NCBI GenBank assembly: GCA_903917615.1
Contig: CAIXBH010000172.1
Location: forward strand, 5,898-69,897
Length of the DNA stretch: 64,000 bases
DNA from: an uncultured Chloroflexota bacterium
GTDB taxonomy: Bacteria > Chloroflexota > Dehalococcoidia > UBA2979
Direction of reading: 5' to 3'
The notes under the pieces were generated by a model, which worked only from the letters and a program-made list of their open reading frames with translations, did not search any database and was not told the origin of the DNA. Below, one piece after another: positions 43,638-52,819 of this stretch (position 1 is the stretch's first letter; each line of letters begins with the position of its first letter). Made by a program: the position numbers and the translations under genes.

Positions 43638-44711
43638 GTGGAGCCATGGTTCTCGGTCGGGGAGGCGCTCCTCGGCGTGGTGGTCCTGCTGTTCGTGATC
43701 CAGGACGTGTTCCGCGTCGTCGTGATGCCGCGCCCGTACTACGGGCGCAGCCTGACGAAGGCGATGCTGCGCACTTCCTGGCGGCTCTGGCGCCGGGTCG
43801 CGATCCGACGCACGGACGGCCTACGGCGCGAGGGCGTGCTCGGTATCTTCGGGCAGTTGGGGCTGCTGATCCTCCTCGGCTTCTGGGCTGCGGGACTCAC
43901 TCTCGGCTACGGACTGATCTTCGACGCGCTCAGGGAGCAGCTGCGACCCGCGCCCGGGAACTTCGGTACCTCTCTCTACGTCGCGGGCGTGTCGCTCCTG
44001 ACTCTCGGACTCGGTGACATCGTTCCGGTGGGCGGCCCCGCGCGGCTCGTCATGCTGGTGACGGCAGCCTCCGGTCCCGCGCTCATCGGGCTCGTCCTGG
44101 CGCTGCTGTTCTCGCTGAACTCCTCGTTCCAGCGCCGCGAGGCGCTCGTCACCACGCTCGACGCGAGCGCTGGGGCCCCGCCCTCCGGCGTGCGGATGCT
44201 TGAGACGTACGCGGCGCTTGGCATCGCCGCCGAGCTGCCCGCGATGTTCCGGCTGTGGGAGCTCTGGACGGCCGAGGTGCTCGACAGTCACCTCTCGTAT
44301 CCGCTTCTCGCGTTCTTCCGCTCCACCCACGACAACGAGTCGTGGATCAGCGCGCTCGGTGCGGTCCTCGACGCCGCGACGCTCACGATCGCCGCCATAG
44401 AGGTGCCTGCGGGCAACGCGCAACTGATGTACGACCTCGGCTGTCATGCGGTCGAGGACCTGACGGGCTACTTCGGCCTCGTGCATGAGCGCGACGTCGG
44501 CGTTGAGTTCGTGGAGTTCGAGGCCGCGCTGGTGACGCTCGCGGAGGCAGGCCTGCCGGTGATCCTGAGCGATGTCGCGTGGGAGCGGTTCCGCGTGCTC
44601 CGGGAGCGCTACGCGGGTGCGCTCAACGTGCTCGCGCGCAACTTCGTCACGCCGCCAGCGCTATGGATCGGCGACCGATCGACGTTGCACGCCGCCGACG
44701 CCCGGCTGTAG
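43638..44711 (+). CDS. Pore-loop ion-channel-like protein (2TM) with a large C-terminal cytoplasmic domain
   Basis: Two TM helices flank a pore-loop LLTLGLGD, a variant of the K+ channel TVGYGD, followed by about 230 aa of unknown function. GTG start at 43638; the upstream part of the ORF is Arg/Ser-rich junk. Confidence 0.5.
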   Translation: MEPWFSVGEALLGVVVLLFVIQDVFRVVVMPRPYYGRSLTKAMLRTSWRLWRRVAIRRTDGLRREGVLGIFGQLGLLILLGFWAAGLTLGYGLIFDALREQLRPAPGNFGTSLYVAGVSLLTLGLGDIVPVGGPARLVMLVTAASGPALIGLVLALLFSLNSSFQRREALVTTLDASAGAPPSGVRMLETYAALGIAAELPAMFRLWELWTAEVLDSHLSYPLLAFFRSTHDNESWISALGAVLDAATLTIAAIEVPAGNAQLMYDLGCHAVEDLTGYFGLVHERDVGVEFVEFEAALVTLAEAGLPVILSDVAWERFRVLRERYAGALNVLARNFVTPPALWIGDRSTLHAADARL

Positions 44712-44733
44712 GCGTCCGCCCAGGCCGAACGCG

Positions 44734-46020
44734 CTAGCGCGGCGGTGGGGGCGGGCCGCCGCCGGGAGGTCCACCGCCTCCGATGGGCTGAGGCGGTCGG
44801 ATCGCGGTGCCACGGAAGCACGACACGCTGTACGGGAAGTCGAGCGTCATCACGTAGTGGTACATGGTGACGGTCTGCCCATCGAGGACGATCGGGCTCG
44901 TCATCCCGTGGCACTCGTCGAGGTCGGCGGTCGTGATCACGTTGCCGGTCGCGACCCTCGAGCCCGTCAGGGGGTAGCCGTCCAGTGCGAAGCCGATGAC
45001 GGTCGTCGCGTCGTTCGTCGCGAGGCATTTCGACAGGCCGTGGTAGTGGTACTCGCCTGACTCCTGCGGATGCCCACCGCACGCGTCCTGCACCTCCCAC
45101 GCGTTCGCGTCACGCCCGCCGGCGTCGAAGGCGTTGAACAGCGGGACGCCATCGATCATGACGCCGGCCTCGCCGCCGACGCAGTTCGCGCCTATGCCCG
45201 TCGGGTTGGCGGGGAGGTTGTAGGTGAGCGACTGCGCCTGGATGCGGTTGGGGTTTCGGTCGTAAGCCGCGGCTGGATCGCTCGCCGCGATGGGGAACGT
45301 GCCGGTCGTGTGCGTCGGCAGCGCGTTCGTGGTGATCACGCGCCGGTCGCCGGTCACCCGTGACGTGAAGGCGGCGCTGGGCCACGAGACCGCGCCCTGC
45401 ACGGAGATCTTCTTTGTCGAGGACCACGTGCCGTTGCCGAGGAACCACGGCCCCTGCGCCTGAGCGCCGGCCTGGCCCGCCGGTACGAAGTTCGCACTGC
45501 ATGAATAGACATAACCCTGCCGTGGGCCCGCAGTCGTGTACCGGCTGTCGCCGACCGGCAGCACGCCGTCCGCGTAGCGGTCGCCGTACGAAGCGGCAGC
45601 GCCGGAAGCCCCGGCGGCCGGCACAGACGCGCCCCCCGTGCTCGCTACGCCCCGGGTGAGCGTCACCGCGGTCAGTCCGAGCACCGCTGGCATCTTGCTC
45701 CGGAAGGCGTCCTTCAGGAAGGCAGGCCCGCCGACGACGAGCAACTCGAAGCTGCCGGACGTCCCCTGTACCCACACCCCGTCGGCGCTGACCGACTTCG
45801 CCGCGGCCTCGAGCTGGTCGGTGGTGCCGCCGCTGAACACGACGTTGGCGAGGCCGCTGGCGGCGTATGGCGGTGCGCTCGTGAAGGTCCCGGCTGGCAC
45901 CTGCGCGTGCGCCGTCGCGCCGACGTACAGCGTCAGCGCGACCGCGGCCGCGGAGCAGAGCGCGCCGGCGACGACGGCGGTTACGAGGCGGCGGGAGCGA
46001 TGGAGGAAGTGTCTCGACAT
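44734..46020 (-). CDS. YHYH-domain secreted protein
   Basis: Signal peptide, then ...CGGHPQESGEYHYHG... (YHYH motif) and a Gly/Pro tail GGGGPPGGGPPPPPR. Trimmed from the 940-aa ORF to the ATG at 46018-46020. Confidence 0.7.
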   Translation of the reverse strand: MSRHFLHRSRRLVTAVVAGALCSAAAVALTLYVGATAHAQVPAGTFTSAPPYAASGLANVVFSGGTTDQLEAAAKSVSADGVWVQGTSGSFELLVVGGPAFLKDAFRSKMPAVLGLTAVTLTRGVASTGGASVPAAGASGAAASYGDRYADGVLPVGDSRYTTAGPRQGYVYSCSANFVPAGQAGAQAQGPWFLGNGTWSSTKKISVQGAVSWPSAAFTSRVTGDRRVITTNALPTHTTGTFPIAASDPAAAYDRNPNRIQAQSLTYNLPANPTGIGANCVGGEAGVMIDGVPLFNAFDAGGRDANAWEVQDACGGHPQESGEYHYHGLSKCLATNDATTVIGFALDGYPLTGSRVATGNVITTADLDECHGMTSPIVLDGQTVTMYHYVMTLDFPYSVSCFRGTAIRPPQPIGGGGPPGGGPPPPPR

Positions 46021-46122
46021 GTCGGCCAGTTTGCCACATCGGCCGCGGCCCCCGCCATCGGCGTAGGATGTCGCGCGGTCGGCGCAACGTGCGCCACCAC
46101 GGACGGGGACGAGGAGATTGCC

Positions 46123-47535
46123 ATGGCCGACTCGATCGCGCGGACGTTCGCACGCTGGGCGGCGAACCTGACGTACGAGGACCTTCCGCCGGTGGTCGTC
46201 GACAAGATTAAGTCGCTGATCCTGCTGCACCTGACCGCCGCGGTGATCGGCGCGCAGCGGCCCCAGGCGAAGGAGATCATCCACGCGATCAAGGCCGAGG
46301 AGGGGAAGCCCGACGGCGCGACGATCATCTGGGACGGCGGGAAAGTCACGCGCATCGCGGCCACCTACGCAGGCGCCGAGATGATCCACCTGACCGGCCT
46401 GATGGACTCCTACCGGATGATCACGCACCCAGGTTGCTCGCTGATCCCGACGGCGATCGCGAATGCCGAGCTCGAAGGCGCCACCCTCAAGCAGATGATC
46501 ACGGCGCTTGCGGCGGGGTACGAGGTGGGCTGCCGGCTGTCGTACGACTTCGTGCCAGGTACCGCAGCACGCGGGTTCCGGCCTGCGCCGATCTACCACA
46601 CGATGGGTGCCGCGGTGGTTGCCGGGAAGCTCATGGGGCATGACGAGGCCAAGATGATGGCTACCATCGGCATCGCCGCGAACTGCGCGTCCGGGCTGTA
46701 CGAGACGGCCACGGAGTCCGTCGGCGGTGGCGAGACGGGGGTGCAGGACCCCAACGCGGCGCGGCAGGGCGTCTTCGCGGCCATGACTGCGCGCGAGGGG
46801 CACATCCGCGGGTCGGAGGACATCATCGAGGGCCCGTTCGGGTTCTACAACGCGTTCGTCGGCAACAACCAGGGCAAGCCGAAGTACGTCTTCGATGGCC
46901 CCGAGGTCATCGACCTGGCGAGCGTCACGGCGGGTCTCGGCGCGACGTACAAGCTGCTCGAGCTGATGTACCGCATGTACAACACCGGCGGGTACAACCA
47001 CCCGACCATCAACCTCATGGTCGAGTTGCGGGACCAGCACCACATCGATCCTGCGGCGATCGCGCAGGTCGAGGTCACGATGAACTGGATGGAGTCGATG
47101 CGCGCGCCGCACGTGCCGATGTGGCCGACCACACCGCCGCGCGTGGGGACCACACACTACTTCGTCGCGCATGCCGCACTGAACGGCGGGTTCCCGCAGG
47201 TGGGCGGCCACACGTTTGGGCCGACCGAGGATCCGACAAAGGACGAGGCGGTCCTCGAGTTCATGCAGACGAAGGTGCAGATCGTCGGCCGTGAGGATTG
47301 GCCGATGTTCTCGCCATCGATCACCGTGCTCATGCAGGACGGCACGCGGTACAGCGGCCACTATCCATACGCGCGGATGCAGTGGAACTTCGACGGCCTC
47401 GTCGAGCACCTCGAGGACCTGAAGGAGAAGTGGCCGCTCGGCCCGGACGGTCTGCAGGCCCTCGTCGATGCGTGTCGCACCGCCGAGTCCCTCCCGTCCG
47501 TGGAGCCGTTGCACGCGCTGACGCGGCCGAAGTAG
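46123..47535 (+). CDS. MmgE/PrpD family protein, copy 2
   Basis: 470 aa, co-linear with copy 1 and highly similar to it (MADSIARTFARWAANLTYEDLPPVVVDK...). Trimmed to the ATG at 46123. Confidence 0.85.
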   Translation: MADSIARTFARWAANLTYEDLPPVVVDKIKSLILLHLTAAVIGAQRPQAKEIIHAIKAEEGKPDGATIIWDGGKVTRIAATYAGAEMIHLTGLMDSYRMITHPGCSLIPTAIANAELEGATLKQMITALAAGYEVGCRLSYDFVPGTAARGFRPAPIYHTMGAAVVAGKLMGHDEAKMMATIGIAANCASGLYETATESVGGGETGVQDPNAARQGVFAAMTAREGHIRGSEDIIEGPFGFYNAFVGNNQGKPKYVFDGPEVIDLASVTAGLGATYKLLELMYRMYNTGGYNHPTINLMVELRDQHHIDPAAIAQVEVTMNWMESMRAPHVPMWPTTPPRVGTTHYFVAHAALNGGFPQVGGHTFGPTEDPTKDEAVLEFMQTKVQIVGREDWPMFSPSITVLMQDGTRYSGHYPYARMQWNFDGLVEHLEDLKEKWPLGPDGLQALVDACRTAESLPSVEPLHALTRPK

Positions 47536-47539
47536 CGCC

Positions 47540-48055
47540 GTGTTCACGCCCGCCATTCCGCTGATCGAGGTCGCGGCACGGACGCTGCTGATCTACGTGA
47601 CCGTCCTCGGCGGGCTCCGCGTCGCCGGCAAGCGCGAGATCGGACAGATGACTCCGTTTGACCTCGTGGTCATCCTGCTCGTCGCCAATGCCGTGCAGAA
47701 TGCGATGGTCGGGCCAGATACCTCCGTGAGCGGTGGGCTGGTCTCGGCGGCGGTGCTGGTCAGTGCGAACTACGGGCTCTCGGCGCTCCGTGACCGCATT
47801 CCGTGGCTGCGCGAAGCGCTCGAGGGCTCGCCGACACTCCTCGTGCACGACGGGGAGATCCTCGACGCGAACCTCGCACGTGAGCACGTCGACGTGGACG
47901 AGGTGCTCATGGCGCTGCGGGAGCACGGGCTCGAGGATGTGCGGCAGGTGCGGCTCGCGGTGCTGGAGACCGACGGCTCGATCAGTGTCGTGTCCGCGGC
48001 CGGGCCTGAGCCGGAGCGCACGAAGCGCCGAGTGCGGCGCCGGACGCGCCGGTAG
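47540..48055 (+). CDS. DUF421 (YetF-like) membrane protein
   Basis: N-terminal TM helices, then a soluble domain with LLVHDGEI...L...G pattern. Starts 5 nt after the PrpD-2 stop. Confidence 0.6.
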   Translation: MFTPAIPLIEVAARTLLIYVTVLGGLRVAGKREIGQMTPFDLVVILLVANAVQNAMVGPDTSVSGGLVSAAVLVSANYGLSALRDRIPWLREALEGSPTLLVHDGEILDANLAREHVDVDEVLMALREHGLEDVRQVRLAVLETDGSISVVSAAGPEPERTKRRVRRRTRR

Positions 48056-48186
48056 GGGTACGCGCGACCGGTTGTGCACAGCTTCACAAACTCCTGCCGC
48101 TGACGAGGAGTACCATGCCGCGCGTGGCAGAGCCCGGCCTGCGTCCCGGGGCGCGAAGCGGGCACTGAAGTCTCGAGGGGTGAAGC

Positions 48187-50517
48187 ATGAGCGGACCGCT
48201 CTCCGGCCTGCGGTTGCTGGACATTACGCACTACTCGGTCGGGCCCTTCGCCTGCACGCTGCTGGCGCAGATGGGCATGGACGTCGTGAAGATCGAGTCG
48301 CCGGAAGGCGACCATCAGTCGCGGACGCCACCGCCGTTCAAGAACGGCATCACGACGACCTATAACGCGATGAACTCCGGCAAGCGCTGCGCGGTCTTCG
48401 ACCTGCGCGATGAGGCCGTCCGCGAGACGATCTTCGAGCTCGTCAGGCAGTCCGACATCCTCATCGAGAACCACCGCCCGGGTTTCCTCGACCGCCGTGG
48501 GCTCGGTTGGGATGATGTGCACAAGCTCAACCCGAGCCTCGTGTACTGCTCCTCGTCCGGATACGGCTCCCGTGGCCCGTACAAGCAGATGGGCAGCGTC
48601 GACACGTACGGGCAGGCCGTCTCCGGCTTCGCATCCGTCAGTGGCGTACCCGGCGAACGGCCCGAGGGCGTGAAGGGCGGCGCGCCCGCCGACCTCGGCA
48701 CCTCGCAGTACATCGTGGCGGGCGTACTCGCCGCGCTGTACCGGCGCGACATGACCGGCATCGGCCAGTTCGTCGACACCTCACAGATGCAGGCCACGAG
48801 CGCGCTCTCCGGCGCGCGCGCCAGTGAGTACTTCGTCTCCGGCGAGATCCCCACGCCGATGGGATCGGGCGTGAACAACATCTGCCCGTCGCGCGCCTAC
48901 AAGGCCGAGGATGGCAAGTACGTCGCCCTCAGCGCCCTGGACGAGCCGACGTGGCAGCGCCTCTGTGCGACGTTGAACCTCGGTCAGCTCGCGAGCGACC
49001 CCAAGCTCCAGAGCAACGCGGGCCGGGTGGCGAACCGCGAGATCGTCGACGCGGCCATCGAGGGTGTGATCGCGACGCAGTCCGCGGACCACTGGATCTC
49101 GGCGCTCACCGGCCGAGGCGTGCCTGCCGCGCCGTTTATGACGCACAACAACCTGCGCATCAGCGAGCAGGTGCGCGAGCAGGAGATGATCCAGGACGTC
49201 GTCAGCCCGTGGGGCCGGATCACCATCGGCGGCATGCCGTGGCGTTTCAGTCGGACCCCTGGCTGGATCCGCCCGGCGCACAAGCCCGGCCAGGACAACG
49301 AGGAGATCCTGCGCGAGTTCACGCCGAAGCAGGTGCCCGCGCCGCCCGTCGAGGTCGACGGCAGCGCGGACGGGACGCACGGTCCGCTGGAGGGCCTGCG
49401 GGTCGTCGACATCACGCAGGGCTACGTCGGTTACGCCGGCATGTTGATGGCTGACGCGGGTGCGACGGTGATCAAGGTGGAGCCGCCTGAGGGCGACTAC
49501 CTGCGCAAGCTCGGCGGGGCGTTCGCGGGGGATACCGCCGCCGCGTTCCTCGCCGTCAACCGCAGCAAGCAGAGCGTGCGCCTCGATTGGCAGAACAACC
49601 CGGCCGCGCGCGCTGCGCTCGACCGAATGCTGATGCTCGCCGACGTGTTGATCACGGATCTCCAGCCGTCGGTGGCGAAGCAGCACGGCCTTACGGAGGA
49701 GGCGCTGCGCCCGTCGCACGGCCGGCTGATCATCACGTCGCTCACGCCGTTCGGCGACACCGGCCCGATCGCGGATCAGCCCGCGACGGAGCTCGAGGTG
49801 CAGGCGATGTCTGGCCAGTGGCGCTACCTCGGCGATTACGGCGCGGCCCCGGTCCGCCACGGCCTGCCCATCGGCGCGGTGAACTCCTCGGTCTTTGCGT
49901 TCCAGGGCACGCTTGGCGCACTGCACGAGCGCATGCAGAGCGGCAAGGGCCAGAAGGTCGAATGCAGCCAGCTCGGCGCGGAGCTCACGATGCAGAGCAT
50001 CCTCTGGGCGGCCGAGAGCGAGCCGGACGACTGGGAAGGCCACACCACGGCGATCAAGCGCGAGCCGGCACGCGGATACAAGACGCGCACCGTCTCCATC
50101 CTCTGGGGATTCATGGCCGACCAGCCCGCGATGGACGAGTTCTGCAAGCGCCTCGGCTTCACGGAGGAGTTCGCGCGCGGCGACGCGTGGCAGGTCGACA
50201 AGGCTCGCCCGATCTTCGAGAAGGCGTTCGAGGATCACGACGCGGACGAGATCATCGGGTGGGTGCGCGAGCTGGGCGGCAACGCCGTCCACTACCACAA
50301 CTTCGCCACGTTCGCGAAGGATCCGCAGGTGGAGGCGCTGGGCCTCGTGAACACGTACGACTACCCGGGCATCGGCAAGGTCGGCACGATGGGCCTCGCG
50401 TGGGAGTTCTCGGCGTCGCCGACGGATCCCGGCCGCCCCCCTCTGCTAGGCGAGCACACGGACGCGGTGCTCAAGGACATCGGCTACTCGGAGGCGGACA
50501 TCGCCGCGATGGCGTAG
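48187..50517 (+). CDS. Tandem-fused family III CoA-transferase (two complete CaiB/BaiF modules in one 776-aa chain)
   Basis: Module 1 begins LSGLRLLDITHYSVGPF...VVKIESPEGD. Module 2 begins LEGLRVVDITQGYVGYA...VIKVEPPEGD. Each is about 380 aa. Confidence 0.85.
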   Translation: MSGPLSGLRLLDITHYSVGPFACTLLAQMGMDVVKIESPEGDHQSRTPPPFKNGITTTYNAMNSGKRCAVFDLRDEAVRETIFELVRQSDILIENHRPGFLDRRGLGWDDVHKLNPSLVYCSSSGYGSRGPYKQMGSVDTYGQAVSGFASVSGVPGERPEGVKGGAPADLGTSQYIVAGVLAALYRRDMTGIGQFVDTSQMQATSALSGARASEYFVSGEIPTPMGSGVNNICPSRAYKAEDGKYVALSALDEPTWQRLCATLNLGQLASDPKLQSNAGRVANREIVDAAIEGVIATQSADHWISALTGRGVPAAPFMTHNNLRISEQVREQEMIQDVVSPWGRITIGGMPWRFSRTPGWIRPAHKPGQDNEEILREFTPKQVPAPPVEVDGSADGTHGPLEGLRVVDITQGYVGYAGMLMADAGATVIKVEPPEGDYLRKLGGAFAGDTAAAFLAVNRSKQSVRLDWQNNPAARAALDRMLMLADVLITDLQPSVAKQHGLTEEALRPSHGRLIITSLTPFGDTGPIADQPATELEVQAMSGQWRYLGDYGAAPVRHGLPIGAVNSSVFAFQGTLGALHERMQSGKGQKVECSQLGAELTMQSILWAAESEPDDWEGHTTAIKREPARGYKTRTVSILWGFMADQPAMDEFCKRLGFTEEFARGDAWQVDKARPIFEKAFEDHDADEIIGWVRELGGNAVHYHNFATFAKDPQVEALGLVNTYDYPGIGKVGTMGLAWEFSASPTDPGRPPLLGEHTDAVLKDIGYSEADIAAMA

Positions 50518-50592
50518 TCGACGTCCCGCGAGTGCTAAAGGACGCGGCCGCGGTGAGAACCGCGGCCGCTTCGTGTCTCGTCTGCCGCCGCG

Positions 50593-50889
50593 TCAGGCCT
50601 TCAACCACCTCGGCAGCCACGTGCCGGGGCGGAAGAGCGAGATAGCGATCGTCGTCGAAGGACGGAACGCGAACTCGATGTGGACCGGCCGCCCGCCCGC
50701 CCGCATGCGGCTCATCGCCACCATTCGCAGTGCGCCGAGTCCAACCGGAACCAGCAACCAGCCGAGGTGGGCGCTCGGATGCCTCCGTACCTCGTGGAGG
50801 ATGGCCTCGCCACGCTCGATGAGCGCGCGAATGCCGAGCGCGTCTTCGGCGGCCTCTTCGGCATCATCGTTCTTCAGTGCTCGCGGCAT
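50593..50889 (-). CDS. Small hypothetical protein (about 98 aa)
   Basis: ORF with one hydrophobic segment, MPRALKNDDAEE.... The opposite-strand ORF is Ser/Arg-rich junk. Confidence 0.25.
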   Translation of the reverse strand: MPRALKNDDAEEAAEDALGIRALIERGEAILHEVRRHPSAHLGWLLVPVGLGALRMVAMSRMRAGGRPVHIEFAFRPSTTIAISLFRPGTWLPRWLKA

Positions 50890-51055
50890 GACGTCCTCCG
50901 TGCTCGTGCGGCGGATGGAGGTCGCTGGCCGCGCCACCACTCCGCCGTACTCACGACGCTAGGTGGCGCGCCGTCACGAGGGCGTAACAGGCCTGGGCAT
51001 GAGTCGGGGGGGCGCCCGCGTGATCGTGCCGGGCGCGGGGCGCGCCGCCTGTCGC

Positions 51056-51238
51056 CTAGTGTGCGCCCGGCGCGATCCCGTGCTCGCGCTCGAACGCGGC
51101 GAGGTCCCGCGCGCGCTCGGCCTCGATGCGACTCGAGGCGATGCCCAGGAAGAACGCGAAGGCGACACCGACGGTGAGCAGGCCGATGCCGGCGGCGAGT
51201 GGAAGCAGGTCCATGAGCGTGGTCTCCGTTCGTGCCAC
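51056..51238 (-). CDS. Small (60 aa) single-pass membrane protein
   Basis: TM helix LLPLAAGIGLLTVGVAFAFFLGIA followed by a charged tail EAERARDLAAFEREHG. Confidence 0.3.
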   Translation of the reverse strand: MARTETTLMDLLPLAAGIGLLTVGVAFAFFLGIASSRIEAERARDLAAFEREHGIAPGAH

Positions 51239-51484
51239 GACCCCCGTGGCCGAATCGGAGGATGCCTGTGGGAGTCCACCCCGGAGAACGGACTTTCGTC
51301 ACATCTCGGGTGGGACTGGGGTGCGGGGCTTGCGCGAAGATTCCCGCCCGCCGCGGCGCGGGTATGATGCGGTGCGATGAACGAGGAATCGCAGGACGCC
51401 CCGATCGCGAAGAGCTAGCCGCCCGCTGCGGCCCGCCTCCACGCGCTACCTGAGCCCGGCCCGCGTGAACCCGCGCCTGGCGGA

Positions 51485-52108
51485 TTGTTCTCGATCCCGC
51501 TCACGAACGGCCGGGAAGGCCTCGTCTACGTCCCGGACGCGTACCGTCCGGACGCTCCGCTCGCCCTGATCGTCGCCCTTCACGGCGCGGGGGGCAGCGC
51601 GCAGCGCGGGATGAACGTCATCGCGCCGCTCGCGGACGAGTACGGCGCAATCGTCTTTGCGCCGCAATCGGGTGGGCCGACGTGGGACATCCTCGTGGGC
51701 GGCTTCGGGCCCGACGTGGCCGCCATTGATGCCGCGCTCGTCCAGATCTACGAACGATATGCCATCGACCCCGCGCGTCGCGTCATCAGCGGCTTCTCCG
51801 ACGGGGCCTCGTACTCGCTCTCGCTCGGGCTCGCCAATGGCGACATCTTCACGCACATCATGGCGTTCTCGCCCGGCTTCGCCGACCCGTGGGGCCTTGT
51901 CGGCGACCCGCAGGTCTTCATGTCGCATGGCACCGAAGACAAGACGCTGCCGATCGACGAGGCGAGCCGGTCGATCGTCAGCATCCTGCAGCAGGTGGGC
52001 TATCCCGTGTACTACGTCGAGTTCGAGGGCCCGCACAGCGTCCCCGAACCGGTCCTCCGGTCGGGCTACAACTGGCTCTTCGGTCGCAAGGCGCCAGCGC
52101 AGGCCTGA
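51485..52108 (+). CDS. Esterase (phospholipase/carboxylesterase family alpha/beta hydrolase)
   Basis: LIVALHGAGG, GFSDGAS nucleophile elbow and HGTEDKTLP. Apparent TTG start; no signal peptide. Confidence 0.65.
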   Translation: MFSIPLTNGREGLVYVPDAYRPDAPLALIVALHGAGGSAQRGMNVIAPLADEYGAIVFAPQSGGPTWDILVGGFGPDVAAIDAALVQIYERYAIDPARRVISGFSDGASYSLSLGLANGDIFTHIMAFSPGFADPWGLVGDPQVFMSHGTEDKTLPIDEASRSIVSILQQVGYPVYYVEFEGPHSVPEPVLRSGYNWLFGRKAPAQA

Positions 52109-52151
52109 CCGTCGGAGTTCGGGCCCAGTCATCATCGAGGAGGGAACGCGC

Positions 52152-52748
52152 ATGCGACACGGTCGGCGCAACGCAGAGTCCGGTGGTCGTGTGCCAGGCG
52201 TGCTGCGCACGGGCGTCGCACGGGCGGCGTGGCTCGTCGTCGGTTTCAGCACGGTGATTGCTGTGTGCGTCGGGTGTTCGCGGACGCCAGCGGCGCCGAC
52301 GGCGACCGCCACTCCGCCGCCAGCCGCCACGCTCGTCCCGTCGCCCACGGTCACGACGTCGCTCGCGACATTCGATCCGCCGCCGCTGCTCAAGCTCACC
52401 GGGAACGCCTGCGCCGACTGGCCCGCGTTGAAGCAGAGCTCGCTTGGCGTGTTCAACGGTGCCGCTGATGTCATCAGCCGCACCCTGCCCGCTCACATCG
52501 CGAATCTGACTGCCTTCGCGGCGGCGGTGCCTGCCGGGCAGAAGGCGGACGCCCGCGTCCTCCTGGACACGTGGACGTCCGCGGGCAAGGAATGGCAGCG
52601 CATCGGCTACGACCCGGCGAAACTCGGCACCGACCAGGCCGCGCAGGCGGCTATCCGCGCGCTCAGCGCACCGCCGGTTGCGGACGCGACCGCGCGTCTC
52701 GATGGCTGGGCGCTGGCGTGCGCCGCAGGCGGCGCCGCCAAGCCCTGA
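52152..52748 (+). CDS. Lipoprotein, unknown function
   Basis: RBS GAGGAGGGAAC. Signal peptide with lipobox VCVGCS and a Pro/Thr/Ala-rich linker. Confidence 0.55.
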   Translation: MRHGRRNAESGGRVPGVLRTGVARAAWLVVGFSTVIAVCVGCSRTPAAPTATATPPPAATLVPSPTVTTSLATFDPPPLLKLTGNACADWPALKQSSLGVFNGAADVISRTLPAHIANLTAFAAAVPAGQKADARVLLDTWTSAGKEWQRIGYDPAKLGTDQAAQAAIRALSAPPVADATARLDGWALACAAGGAAKP

Positions 52749-52819
52749 ATCCGCGTGAGCCCGCCCGGCGGACTCCGAAGTACGATGCCTCCGGCAACGC
52801 CGAGCTGACGGGAGGACGC

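Noticed and set aside
46020-47556. N-terminal 510 aa of the 940-aa minus-strand ORF (44734..47556)
   Set aside because: This portion is antisense to MmgE/PrpD copy 2. Only the C-terminal 428 aa, from the ATG at 46020, form the real YHYH protein with its own signal peptide.
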